64,000 bases of DNA from Naegleria gruberi (taxonomy: Eukaryota), in NCBI GenBank assembly GCA_000004985.1, contig GG738866.1; one strand, 5' to 3'. This document shows positions 10,726 through 21,050 of this stretch, piece by piece. Numbering within the stretch: the stretch's first letter is position 1; each line of letters opens with the position of its first letter. Both the position numbers and the translations under genes were made by a program. Under the pieces are notes generated by a model that did no database searches, was not told the DNA's origin, and was given only the letters and a program-made list of their open reading frames with translations.

Positions 10726-12195
10726 ATGGTTTTCAATACCTCTTCGACAAACTCTTCTAGCAACAATAACAACACTTCCGAACAAAACAACTCTAATTCC
10801 AATTTTACAAATCCAACTTTTAATGTCAACACTAACGAAAAACAAGAATCACTTTTTAATGCTCTTACTAATTTGAATAACCAATTTCTTAAGCTAAATA
10901 CGAATCCGACGTTGAACTTGCCAATTAATTTTCCAACCGTTTCCTCAACATTGGTCAGTGAAAATCCTTTGAATTCATCAGCTACTGAGAACACTCATGG
11001 GGTTGAATCAATTTCAGTAAACAGATTTCCTAGGTTTAAAGTTACTACATGCAAAGACAATAATGGATTGTCTGGTATTCTATTAAACTATTATTCCATC
11101 ATATCAATGCCAGAGTATAAAGAGAGATCATTTGAGGAATGGAGATGGCTTTACACACTTTCTTCTCAAGGTAAACTCACTTTTGATCCATTCCGTAATC
11201 AAGAAATAGGAAGCAGAAATGGCACCATTAAGAGTGACTCTTTCAAAAGTTGGAAATTCAATGAAACAAATACGAAACCTGCCTTTTCTAGTTTTAGTTT
11301 TTTTAACAATTCCACTCCTCAAATCAATGCAGGAGTTATGACTATTAGTAGTAGCCATTTTCACACTTTTGATATGCAATTCTCTGATTTAGATATTGAT
11401 ATTTATGAAGGTGATAAGCTTTTTGGAAGTATTGATACACATAGAGTGCTAGTTAGCAATCAAAGCAAAGTTCTTTCTAATATGATTACAACTAAATGTA
11501 AAAAGAGAAATGAAAAATATGTATTGGAATTGAATACCTCAATGTTTGGAGATAGACTGGGGAAAATTAGTGGAGCATTGTTATACACTTCTATCAAATC
11601 AATAGTTACAAGCGTAAATGTGCATATTGATGATTTCCTTCAAGTATTTCTAATAGTAGACTATTATCAATCAATAACAATTGGTAGATTGTCCAATACT
11701 ATGACTGCAGCACTAAAATCATCAGAAAGTGTGGCCAGATCTTTCATCAAGAGTTTTGGTACCTCTTATTTCAATATTTCACAATCAGAAAATATTCAAA
11801 CTTTGTTTACACTTTTTAGAGAAGCATTCCGTACTTTGATGGTTGGTACCGAACTCGAAAATGAGCACATATTCAAAATGATGAGTAAAGATATGTTCCT
11901 TGATGGCCTCATTCATTCTGAATGCAAAGAAATCACAACATTATTGAAGGTTATTGACTGCTGGGCTAGTTCAAATTTGAACTTTTCTGCACAAGATTCA
12001 ACTTCCCAAGTTTACACATTTCTAGATGTTATCCCAAATGCTCAACCACTTGTTATGATTGGCATTCTTAGCTCTAGCCCATCGGTTTATAGCTTTATCA
12101 ACAATCTTAGCTCCGATTGGAAATTGAAACTCATCAACAAGTACGTCTTGGTCCTTAATAACAATTCTAGCAAAATTTCACATGATGAAAAATGA
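10726..12195 (+). CDS. Hypothetical N/S/T-rich protein (489 aa), function unknown
   Basis: Long ATG-initiated ORF with an asparagine-rich N-terminus and a globular C-terminal half. No family recognised with confidence. Confidence 0.5.
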   Translation: MVFNTSSTNSSSNNNNTSEQNNSNSNFTNPTFNVNTNEKQESLFNALTNLNNQFLKLNTNPTLNLPINFPTVSSTLVSENPLNSSATENTHGVESISVNRFPRFKVTTCKDNNGLSGILLNYYSIISMPEYKERSFEEWRWLYTLSSQGKLTFDPFRNQEIGSRNGTIKSDSFKSWKFNETNTKPAFSSFSFFNNSTPQINAGVMTISSSHFHTFDMQFSDLDIDIYEGDKLFGSIDTHRVLVSNQSKVLSNMITTKCKKRNEKYVLELNTSMFGDRLGKISGALLYTSIKSIVTSVNVHIDDFLQVFLIVDYYQSITIGRLSNTMTAALKSSESVARSFIKSFGTSYFNISQSENIQTLFTLFREAFRTLMVGTELENEHIFKMMSKDMFLDGLIHSECKEITTLLKVIDCWASSNLNFSAQDSTSQVYTFLDVIPNAQPLVMIGILSSSPSVYSFINNLSSDWKLKLINKYVLVLNNNSSKISHDEK

Positions 12196-12644
12196 TGACA
12201 GCTATGTCAATAAAATAGATAAAAGTGTGCAAATCAACCCTTCAATAATTCCATTATGATCTATTTTTCCACTCATGTTGGTAATTGGGGCGACATTAAG
12301 CTTGCTTCGTTTAATTATAAAGTAGTGCCGATTTGCTAACATGTAGGGCCGAAAATCTCCCGATCCATTAAAAACAAACTTTTTAGCACAGAACACTCAA
12401 ACTCATGTTCTAACCAGTTTCTCTTTCTTTTTTATAATATTAATTATTTCTTTCAACCAGAGAGTCAGGTCCAGATACAAGAGTGTATTTTACAACCACC
12501 TCTGTAATCTTTGAGAACCATTTTTGTCCTTATTTGAACAATTTTCGAACGCCTTGAAACGCCTTCAGTCGCCAAAGGTTTAAAGCACAACAAACAACCT
12601 CTCAAACCCTTAAACCAAACAATAAAAAAAAACAACGACAAACA

Positions 12645-13036
12645 ATGAGCATGCATAAACTCACCCAATCTTATTTCTGTAAGTGGTCTCATTGATGAGC
12701 GAGTTCACCAACTGACTTTTTCTAAACGATTTTATCTGTTATTGCACCACCTCACAACATCTTAATATTTATACCTTAATATCTTGTTTTTGATCGCAAA
12801 TAGTCTACAAGCCTCAAATCTGGATCCTTGGTGTTGCCCTCTTGGGTGCTGGTAGTGTGATGCACCTCAAGGTATTGGAAAATGGTCAAGGACGTGCTTT
12901 CCAAGAACGTAGACTTCAACCACCAACTGATGAATTCCAAAAGAGACATTGTCTCAGACCAGGTGAAAATAAGGATGCTGTTTATGGTGTCGATTTTGCT
13001 CCTTCAACACACATTTACTTCCCAAAGAAGGAATAA
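12645..13036 (+). CDS. Small (~88 aa) single-TM protein, possibly a mitochondrial membrane-complex small subunit; exons 12645..12678 and 12804..13036
   Basis: ATG AGC ATG CAT..TTTCT|GTAAGTGG ... CAAATAG|TCTACAAG joins in frame to the 12842..13036 ORF, giving MSMHKLTQSYFFYKPQIWILGVALLGAGSVMHLKVLENGQGRAFQERR..YFPKKE. Confidence 0.4.
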
Positions 13037-13247
13037 ACACATTGTATCATATTTTGTAATCTCTCGTTCCGTATCTTTGATTAGCCCGCCATTGAGCGAA
13101 AACGCAGTTCATAAAAAATTGGTGCATGAAAGTAACATCATTGTGAACGTGTGATCATATCAACAACTGTTATTTCCTCAAATCATCATTGATTTCAAGA
13201 CAATTATTAAACAAAATAATAGATTCATTCCAGCAGCATTACACAAT

Positions 13248-14774
13248 ATGGTCATTCCAACACAAAATGTAATTGTCTATGGAGCATTATCGGGAGTGTA
13301 TGGTTTGATTTGTTTGGCAAGTTTATGCATTCTCATCAGGGTTATTCTCTCTGATATGAAACATCGAGAGAATTATACAAAATTTATTATGAGAAGATTT
13401 GGAAGCAATATAATTAGTAAACAACATGATGATGATCATGATAAACAAGATGATGGATTGGATCATCAACACTCGGATGATGATCCTCTCATACGAACAG
13501 AAACATCATCATCAGTGGCAATTACAACAACAACCATACAATATGAACAACAATCGACGAGAACATTTTCGGATAAGAGATTAATGTTTGCTTTAATTTC
13601 AATTCTTTCAGCAGTAAGATCAGCCCAATTGGCAATACAAGGTTCAGTGGTGCAATTTTCCGAATATAGAGAATTATTAATTATTGTAAGCTCAATGCCA
13701 GGATATGTTTTTGCAAGTACCATGTTAATGATGATTTTCTTCTGGACAGAAACATTGATAATATCAAAAAGATTATTATGTGAGGAGAGGAAACAAAATG
13801 ATTCATCATGTTCCACTTGGTTTATTGCTTTTATTACTTCATCACGATTTTTAAAGTGGCTATTCTTCTCCATCAATTTTGTCATGTATTTTGTCATGGT
13901 GGTAAATGATTGCTTGTTGATTTATCAATTTACTGTTGATTCCAAGCATAGCTCCGATTATACAGATCCAACACCCTATACAGCCATTGAGATAGTGGCT
14001 GTTTCAATTCCTACATTATTATTTATTGGATGTGCTCTTTTGATTTTTATACTTGGATTGATTTTATTGAGAAAATATTACAAGAATTATAGAACATTTT
14101 CTAATGTATCTGCATTATACATTATATTGTACATTAGTATTGTTACAGTGACAGACATTATTGTGTTGATCGGAAGAAGTTCAGTATTAATTGCTCAAAT
14201 ATTTCTTTCATGGTTGGAAACACAGTGGATCACTATTTTCTGTTACTTTTCTATTGGAGAGGTTATTCCTCTTATTATTTTGAATTTTGCATTGTGGAAA
14301 ATGAGTAGTAATTCTGTTCAATCCATTGAAAAATCAAAGACAGTAGAAAATTCTAAAACAGTAACCACCACCAAACAATCCAACTCTTCCAGAAACTACA
14401 AACCTAAAATTAAATCTATGAGTAGAGCAGCAGAATATTACACGCATTGGGATGAATCTACGGAAGACATGGATGCTGCCGTGTATGTCAACAGAGAAGA
14501 TTACGATAATGCAACAGAGAGGGATGTTGATTCATCTACCCATAGTTCATCTCCACAAGTTGCTGGCTACTCAAATTATGGGAGTACAGATCAAAAATCC
14601 AAATCAAGAAGCGGAAGTAGTGTTGGAATTCACGGAAAGATCTCCAATCCAGTTCCATACGATAGAAAACTTAATTCTCCATCTCATTCATTCCTGAATA
14701 AGGTGGATTCTACAATGATTGGAAATAATTCTCTTAGAAATGCCTATAACGAGTTTACTGGAGTTAGTGATTAA
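13248..14774 (+). CDS. Seven-transmembrane protein with long Ser-rich C-terminal tail (possible GPCR-like / THH1-TOM1 DUF1084-type)
   Basis: 508-aa ORF. Seven predicted helices in the first ~350 aa, followed by a hydrophilic tail. Confidence 0.55.
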   Translation: MVIPTQNVIVYGALSGVYGLICLASLCILIRVILSDMKHRENYTKFIMRRFGSNIISKQHDDDHDKQDDGLDHQHSDDDPLIRTETSSSVAITTTTIQYEQQSTRTFSDKRLMFALISILSAVRSAQLAIQGSVVQFSEYRELLIIVSSMPGYVFASTMLMMIFFWTETLIISKRLLCEERKQNDSSCSTWFIAFITSSRFLKWLFFSINFVMYFVMVVNDCLLIYQFTVDSKHSSDYTDPTPYTAIEIVAVSIPTLLFIGCALLIFILGLILLRKYYKNYRTFSNVSALYIILYISIVTVTDIIVLIGRSSVLIAQIFLSWLETQWITIFCYFSIGEVIPLIILNFALWKMSSNSVQSIEKSKTVENSKTVTTTKQSNSSRNYKPKIKSMSRAAEYYTHWDESTEDMDAAVYVNREDYDNATERDVDSSTHSSSPQVAGYSNYGSTDQKSKSRSGSSVGIHGKISNPVPYDRKLNSPSHSFLNKVDSTMIGNNSLRNAYNEFTGVSD

Positions 14775-14821
14775 GAATTTAGTTATATTGAGGTATAGAA
14801 ATTGAACAGTGTAATGAATAA

Positions 14822-15787
14822 TTAATTGTAGTCATACTCTCTTCGAGGTGGACGGCTTGGCCTTTCTTTGGTGCTTGATGAACTACCCGAATCCCCACTG
14901 CTAGAAACAGATCCACTATTACTATTTGAGTTACCTCCAACAATATCTGAACTTCCAGACGCACCAGATGTCAATGATCCCGTTTGCTGATTTGTTGTTC
15001 CACTACTATTATTATCAGATCCATTACCTCCAGAATCATTATCTTGATTTTGATCCTGGTGTCCAAAAGTTGAATCCTCATTACTGTACTTGCTACCGTT
15101 TAGAGGATTTCTGAGATATTCAATATTGTCACCAGTTGCAATTGCATGATACTGAATTGGAGTACCAGCTTTGAAAAAGTACAAGTGAGGTTCTCTAATT
15201 TTCACTCCAAAAACACGATCAAAAAGCAGTGGAATATCACCTAAATCCATTGAAATTCATTGAAATTCGAAGAGGAACAACATAGTTGATTAGTAACAAG
15301 AAATAGTTGAGAATATAAAGAAAACTAAGAACGTACGAACCTGGATGATAAGGAAGTTGTATAATGGCTGTAAAATTCTCTGAAGGTATTGTAAAGTTTA
15401 CAATCGGAGGTTTAGTTTGCCAATCAAGCATTTGCTTATTAATGAAAAACTCTCTACAATACTCCAATGGTTGAAATGGAGAAGTATGTCGCACAAAGAA
15501 GCATCCATTATTCAGAAATAACTTTAAATATCAGATTTTCAAAAAGAACAAACTACAAGACTTACCGTTGTTGATGCAAAATTGTAATCACGTTGATAGT
15601 AAGTCATGACAAAATCAGGGAGGCCATCATTATTAATATCAGTAATGAATCCTGCCTGTGTATCCTGACCATTTCCAATGAAGATAATACTTGTGGGTGC
15701 ATTGGTATAAATAGAGAGAACCTCCTCTATGAAACAACTTGAAAGCACAATGCAGAACAATACAAACACAACATGTTTTAAAGGCAT
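14822..15787 (-). CDS. Secreted protein with FG-GAP-like motif (DINNDGLPDFV); three exons 15566..15787, 15340..15521, 14822..15240
   Basis: Signal peptide MPLKHVVFVLFCIVLSSC. Three minus-strand ORFs are joined by ACG|GTAAGT..TTAAAG|TTATTT and CCAG|GTTCGT..GATTTAG|GTGATATT. The C-terminus is S/G/N-rich. Confidence 0.5.
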
Positions 15788-16132
15788 TTGTTTTGCTTTT
15801 GTTTCCTTTTTCACCACACAATATCTTGTAGATCAATCGTCAGCCCAATTGTTATTTGATCGAAAGTCCATTTTTGAAAACTTTACAAAAATAGTGGTAA
15901 AAAACAAAAAAGATGTTTACAAACTACTTACCTTTTTAATGACCCAATCAGTTTTTTGTCTGTATGGAAAAAATTAAAGTTCAGTTCTGAAACTCTTAAG
16001 CAAGTTCCTTTTATAAACACCTCATATTCCTATGGAAGAAATCACTGGTTAAGGGAAAGGAGTACTAGCAATAATTGTTTATTAATTTTTCACTATCGGT
16101 TATTGTGATTTAAGTGAGTGTTGCTTATAATT

Positions 16133-17953
16133 TTAATTGAAATAGTGCTTTGTGTGTTCTCTTGGATGGAAATATAGTGGATACTTGTTAGTGTTAATGT
16201 AGAACATTGATTGGTCAGTCTCCATTTCTGGGAATTCAGAATGTTTCTTTGTGAGAGTAAAGTTTCTAATGACATTGATCAAAAGGAAATGGAGCTCTGT
16301 ATTTGCAACACGACTTCCGGGACATTTTCTTAACAAATAGTTAATACTATTACAAAAGAAACAAATAACTTACCTTGCACCAACCTATATTATTCACATT
16401 TTCAACATTTTCAAAATGAATTCGAAAGGAGAAATGTTTAGAATCAGTAAAATTAAAAAGAAACAACTTACTCCGAAAGGAATTGAAGAAAACATTGATT
16501 TTGGAGCAAGAGGGGATTTCTTTTCATGTCTCTCAGGAATAAATTCCAAAGCTCTCGGAACGTATTCATCTTTCATGCTTGGATAATAATTCATGAAAAT
16601 TGCAATAGTTTCCTTTGGTAGAATATATCCACCAATTTCAATATCAGAATTCAATTGTCTTCCCATTGTAATGTAAGCAAATGAATTGAATCTTAAAACT
16701 TCTTCAACAAATTGTCTCACCAACTTGAGTTGTTTGTATTGCTCTGGGGTGATGATTAGTCCATTTTCAGATGAAACTTCATCCAAAGCCGGAGGACCAA
16801 AAACCTCAAGGCACTCGTTATAGAGCTTTTCTTGATATTCTGGATGATGAGCCAATCTGTACAAGATAAAATTCATGATACGACTTGTAATATCCACACC
16901 TCCCTGAATAAATGTAGAGAGAACTGTTGACACCTTTTCATTTGAGTTGGTGGCTCCCTCTGCCTTCTTTACAAGAATTTCGTAAAATCTTGGCTTGGCA
17001 TTTTCTGGTTGTGAAGCTCCAAATCTTTCAACACAATATCTGGCATTGTCAATCACTTGATCGTAATAACTCTCCAATGTCTTGTACTCCTCTGTCTTGA
17101 AATATTTGTAGAGTGGGAACTTGTAATCTAATCTTCCACACAAATCAAGAATTGTGATGGCTTTCTTTGAGAAATCGTCAAGTTTGAATGGTAAACTCTT
17201 TTCAAGCTCTTCAGTCATTTTGACACCAAAGAAAATTTTCATAATTGCATCGAATGCATATCTAGAAGTTGCTTCGAGACCATCATCAAGTCTGAATTGA
17301 TTTTCACCAACTTTTACAAAGTTCTTCTTCAATTGTCTGATCAAATCACTGTTCATTTCTGTCAGTTGAGGTACCACGATTTGATCGAGAAACTCTGGTT
17401 TCATGGCAAGGTTGAAGATTTGACGAATTTCATTCCAATTCTCTTCAATCTTCATTTCAATAGGTACCATTTCATAACCACGGCTTTCTTTGTAATATCT
17501 TGAAGGATTTAGAACTGTTCTACGTTCCTCAACTCTGGCAAGATCAGCAATCCAGTATGGGTTTGAAATGATAACCATATTTTTGTTTAAAGCAGTCAAC
17601 TTGACCATCTCTCCATACTCATTACACAAATCAAGAAAATAACTCATTGTATTCTTGGAGTGTTTCTTGATATCCAGATAGTTACCAAGAATTGGAAGAG
17701 GCTTAGGGCCTGGAATTTCTCCAAATGGTTTGGCAACAGATTTGGCCACATCTACTGTACCATCCTCTTTATGATAGGGACACTTGGCTTCAGTGTTGGC
17801 AGCAACAGATGAAATAGTTATGGATTCCTTTGTGGAATCTTGGTGATGGTACAATCTATTGTTGCTGTGGTGTGTTGTTAAAACAGAGAGAACCTGTTGT
17901 AGTAGAGGTTTGTGGATGAGGGCAGCATGTCTGATGGATTTGAGTGATGACAT
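16133..17953 (-). CDS. Cytochrome P450, mitochondrial-clan-like; exons 16472..17953, 16374..16384 (11-nt micro-exon), 16133..16328
   Basis: N-terminal presequence-like region then PGPKPLPILGN; EEVLRFNSF (ExxR); FIPERH (PERF); ..IPFG|GTAAGT. The heme loop FG-VGAR-KCPG is only restored by including GTTGGTGCAAG, flanked by AATATAG| and |GTAAGTT, then AAAATGTCCCGGAAGTCGT. Confidence 0.75.
16374..16384 (-). other. 11-nt micro-exon (GTTGGTGCAAG) encoding VGA(R) of the P450 heme-binding loop
   Basis: Perfect acceptor (atatag) and donor (gtaagt) flank it. The phases (0 in, 2 out) match both neighbouring exons. Confidence 0.6.
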
Positions 17954-18560
17954 TTTCTTTATGTTTGAGTATTCATGTTGGACTTGAAGAAAGATGATAT
18001 TTTGGTGTCAGGAGTCTTTAAAAATTGTCATCTTTCATTGTTTAACTTCTAATTTTGAGCTCCAGGAAATAAGCTTAAACTGGCGAAGAAAATACAATTT
18101 GAACAGTTTTTTTGGAGTCACCACAAGATTTTCAATGTTGTTGTTTTGCTGATTGTGATCCTATGATTCTCATAAGTTTAGAATGTCATTAAATAATCAA
18201 TTACGGAGGTCAGATTGAAATCTTGTCAAAGATGACAGCGATAAAACGCAATATTGAAATTTTTTAAACTCTGAGTGATAAAAAAGGTTGATTTAAGAAA
18301 TGATTTGGAATTATTGAATGTCAATTTAGATCAAGCTGCTTTGAGTTCCTTCTTTTGAAAATCACTCATTAATTTTATTTACAATATTATTACAATTATC
18401 TTAATTTTACAAATTCACTAAACAAAAGTAAGTGTTACCATACGTGTATCAGATCTATGAGATATATACAGTTTGTGAATTGGTTCATCATCTTTCATTA
18501 AGGTCCATGATTGATCACCAAAGGCAGGCAAGTAAGGTAATTTAAATTCAAAAATTGTTT

Positions 18561-19702
18561 CTAGTACTTCTTTTCCTTTTTTGCAACATTCTCATTGTAG
18601 AATTGAAAGTAAAAATCAAAAACCTTTTCACAAGTTTGAAGTGGCATTCTTTCAACTGTTTTCTTATATCCTTTGGAACATCTGTTAAGCAACTCATCCT
18701 TAATACTATTCTCGAATAATTTTGCTTTTTCATAACATAAAACCAATCTCAACTCAGAATAGGTTATAGCGATAGGTTCGCATGATTCTTCAATCAATCT
18801 TAAATGTTCTTCATAGGCGCCAATTTCAAATGGTGGTAGAAATTTAATTTCACTCAAATTATAAAACGAGTCATTGACCATTCTTTGGTAAATAAGTTTA
18901 ACCTTTTCTAAATTGTCTCTCTGGTCCTGGTTAATAAAGTTGACATCTACAGTACTTTCAATTAAATTGAAATGCTTTGAAATAAACGGTTTTAACAATG
19001 GTAAATAATAATCTTCATGTAATTCGAGTAACTCAAGAGCTGGAAAACTCAAATATTCAATCACAAATGTTGGATGATTGATGCTAAGAACAATGTTAAG
19101 GTTAATTTCCTTCTTTGCACCAACTAGAAATCCAATTAGCTCTCCTTCAAAAGTAAAAACAGGTGATCCAGACATTCCAGGACTAGTCTGGTTATCAATA
19201 GAAAGTTTGAATTAATGGCTGAAATAACTCCCAAACTAGCTGTTCTACTATTGTAGGTGAATTTCTTAAATTCCTCCTTTAAGTCCTGGCTTATAACCTC
19301 AGCATTAAAGAAGGATTCAGAAGGAAATAGTGGAAAACCAATAAGTATTACTGGCGTTCCACTTTCTAGAATGTGAGTAGATGGAATAATGAACTTCCTT
19401 TTTGAACTACACTCTAATGGTTTAACAGACCTTAACAATGAAAAATCATACTTGGTATCGGGATGAATTATTGGAAAATATTCTCTAGTAAGGGATATAT
19501 ATTCTTGATCAACAATTCTATCGTAAAGGGATCGAGAGAACCTAAATTGTTGAGTTTCATCTTTTGGTGGATATTCTGCAAATGTCCCATAAAATTTATC
19601 TTTATCCTTGCTAACCCCATCATATGTAAGAAAGTGGCCAGATTTGCAAACAAAAAAATGGAACGACCAGATGTTATCATTGATTGGCGTGATGAAACTG
19701 TA
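18561..19702 (-). pseudogene. Trypsin-fold serine-protease-like paralog A, apparently disrupted: no ATG, and a 1-nt frameshift near 19200
   Basis: This copy aligns to paralog B: KYDFSLLRSVKP.. vs KKFDFSLLERKKP.., and GFPLFPSE vs IGYPKRV. ..ASLGVISAINSNF is followed, after a +1 frame change, by IDNQTSPGMSGSPVFTFEGELIGFLVG, which is GxSGSPV with the nucleophile Ser present. The open frame runs up to a stop at ~19703 with no in-frame ATG. Confidence 0.4.
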
Positions 19703-20887
19703 TCAGAAGATGAAACTCATCTTTTATATGATGAGAATGATTCATCAAAGGTTGTGAACAAGCCTTTTGTAAGAATACTTGGTTATATATTTTGGTGGGA
19801 GGAGAAATGTAAGACGTTATCACCTCATCATCAACCAATCTTTGCAAGAGAAAATCCACAAGTTGAAAGACTAAGATACTCTCAAGATCTTCCAGAGAGT
19901 GTTGAGGGATATCCTGTTGAAGAATATTTAAAGTATGACACTCAGTGGTTAGAAACTGTAAAGTATCAATGTTATTGCTATGCAAGAATAGTATCAGATG
20001 TGGTTGGAAGTGGAGTTTCAGGATTTCAACTTTCACCTTCATTTGCTAGTACCACCAGAACATTTGTTCATTATATTCCTCAAGCTTCTTATTATTCTAC
20101 TAATAATCATTACACGATGGTGAATCAGAAAAATTTAGCTAAAATTAGAATAGATTGGTTTAGATGTGAAATTGTTGAATTAGAAAAAAAGTTACATGCT
20201 AAAATATTTAGAAAACTTGGAATGAAAGAAAAATTGCCAGAAACTAAAGAAAAGCCAAAGAAAAAGTTTGATTTTTCACTATTAGAAAGAAAAAAGCCAA
20301 ATAGAGCTATTCCCATTGAGGCAAATGTTAATTATGTTATTCCAAATATCAATTATCCAATTAAATTGGAAGATCCTATCATGTTAATTGGTTATCCTAA
20401 ACGTGTAACAAAGCAATATTATCTTGATAATTATGAAAACGATCGTTTTCCTTTATACAGAGACGATTTTGATAACTTTTTTGGTTTATCATTTTTCAAA
20501 ATTGGAAGTTTAGGAAGAATTAAGAGTTTCAATGATAATTATATTCTTGTTTCAAACTCTGCATTGTGTGGAATGGGTGGTTCACCTGTTTTGACATTTG
20601 ATGGTCAATTAATTGGTTTTTTAATTGGTTCCACTAAAAAACTTGAATATAATATTGTAATGAGAGTTAATCATCCTTCTTTTATAATTGAATATTTAAG
20701 TTTTCCTGCATTTGAATTATTAGAATTGAATCAAGATTTGTATTTTCCATTATTAGAATATATTATTACAAAACATTTACATATTATTGAAATTGCTATA
20801 AATTCTAAGAAGTTAAAGAATGAAAGAAAGAGACAAAATCTTGTAAAGATTTTACAAATCTATCAGCAAAGAATTCAAAAACAATAA
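19658..20887 (+). CDS. Trypsin-fold (GxSGxP-type) protease-like protein, paralog B, intact ORF; possible pseudo-protease
   Basis: MERPDVIIDW... The C-terminal domain reads ..IMLIGYPKRV..FFKIGSLGRIKSFNDNYILVSNSALCGMGGSPVLTFDGQLIGFLIGS. Gly sits where the catalytic Ser of GxSGxP is expected. Confidence 0.55.
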   Translation: MERPDVIIDWRDETVSEDETHLLYDENDSSKVVNKPFVRILGYIFWWEEKCKTLSPHHQPIFARENPQVERLRYSQDLPESVEGYPVEEYLKYDTQWLETVKYQCYCYARIVSDVVGSGVSGFQLSPSFASTTRTFVHYIPQASYYSTNNHYTMVNQKNLAKIRIDWFRCEIVELEKKLHAKIFRKLGMKEKLPETKEKPKKKFDFSLLERKKPNRAIPIEANVNYVIPNINYPIKLEDPIMLIGYPKRVTKQYYLDNYENDRFPLYRDDFDNFFGLSFFKIGSLGRIKSFNDNYILVSNSALCGMGGSPVLTFDGQLIGFLIGSTKKLEYNIVMRVNHPSFIIEYLSFPAFELLELNQDLYFPLLEYIITKHLHIIEIAINSKKLKNERKRQNLVKILQIYQQRIQKQ

Positions 20888-21050
20888 ATTCAAAAATACA
20901 TTTATCTTTAAGATTGGAATGGTGTTGTTTGACTCATCAAGTCAGAAAGTAACTAACAGTCCCATTCTTATTGTTGAGTATTCTTAGTCGAGTAGGACAC
21001 ATTGTGAGTCAAACTACAATTCAGAATATACTACTTTATTCCATGTTAAT

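Noticed and set aside
10726-12195. Nup98/Nup116-like nucleoporin assignment for the N-rich 489-aa protein
   Set aside because: A few suggestive motifs (SFEEW.., ..SSHF) but no FG-repeat region and no convincing autoproteolytic-domain alignment. Kept as hypothetical.
12200-12470. Relatively GC-richer stretch (gtagggccgaaaatctcccgatcc) considered as a possible snRNA/ncRNA
   Set aside because: No match by eye to U1/U2/U4/U5/U6 conserved boxes and no pol III terminator arrangement. Left unannotated.
19468-20042. Minus-strand ORFs (70 and 121 aa) within protease paralog B
   Set aside because: They lie antisense to a well-supported plus-strand CDS. The true minus-strand paralog uses a different frame that ends at ~19703.
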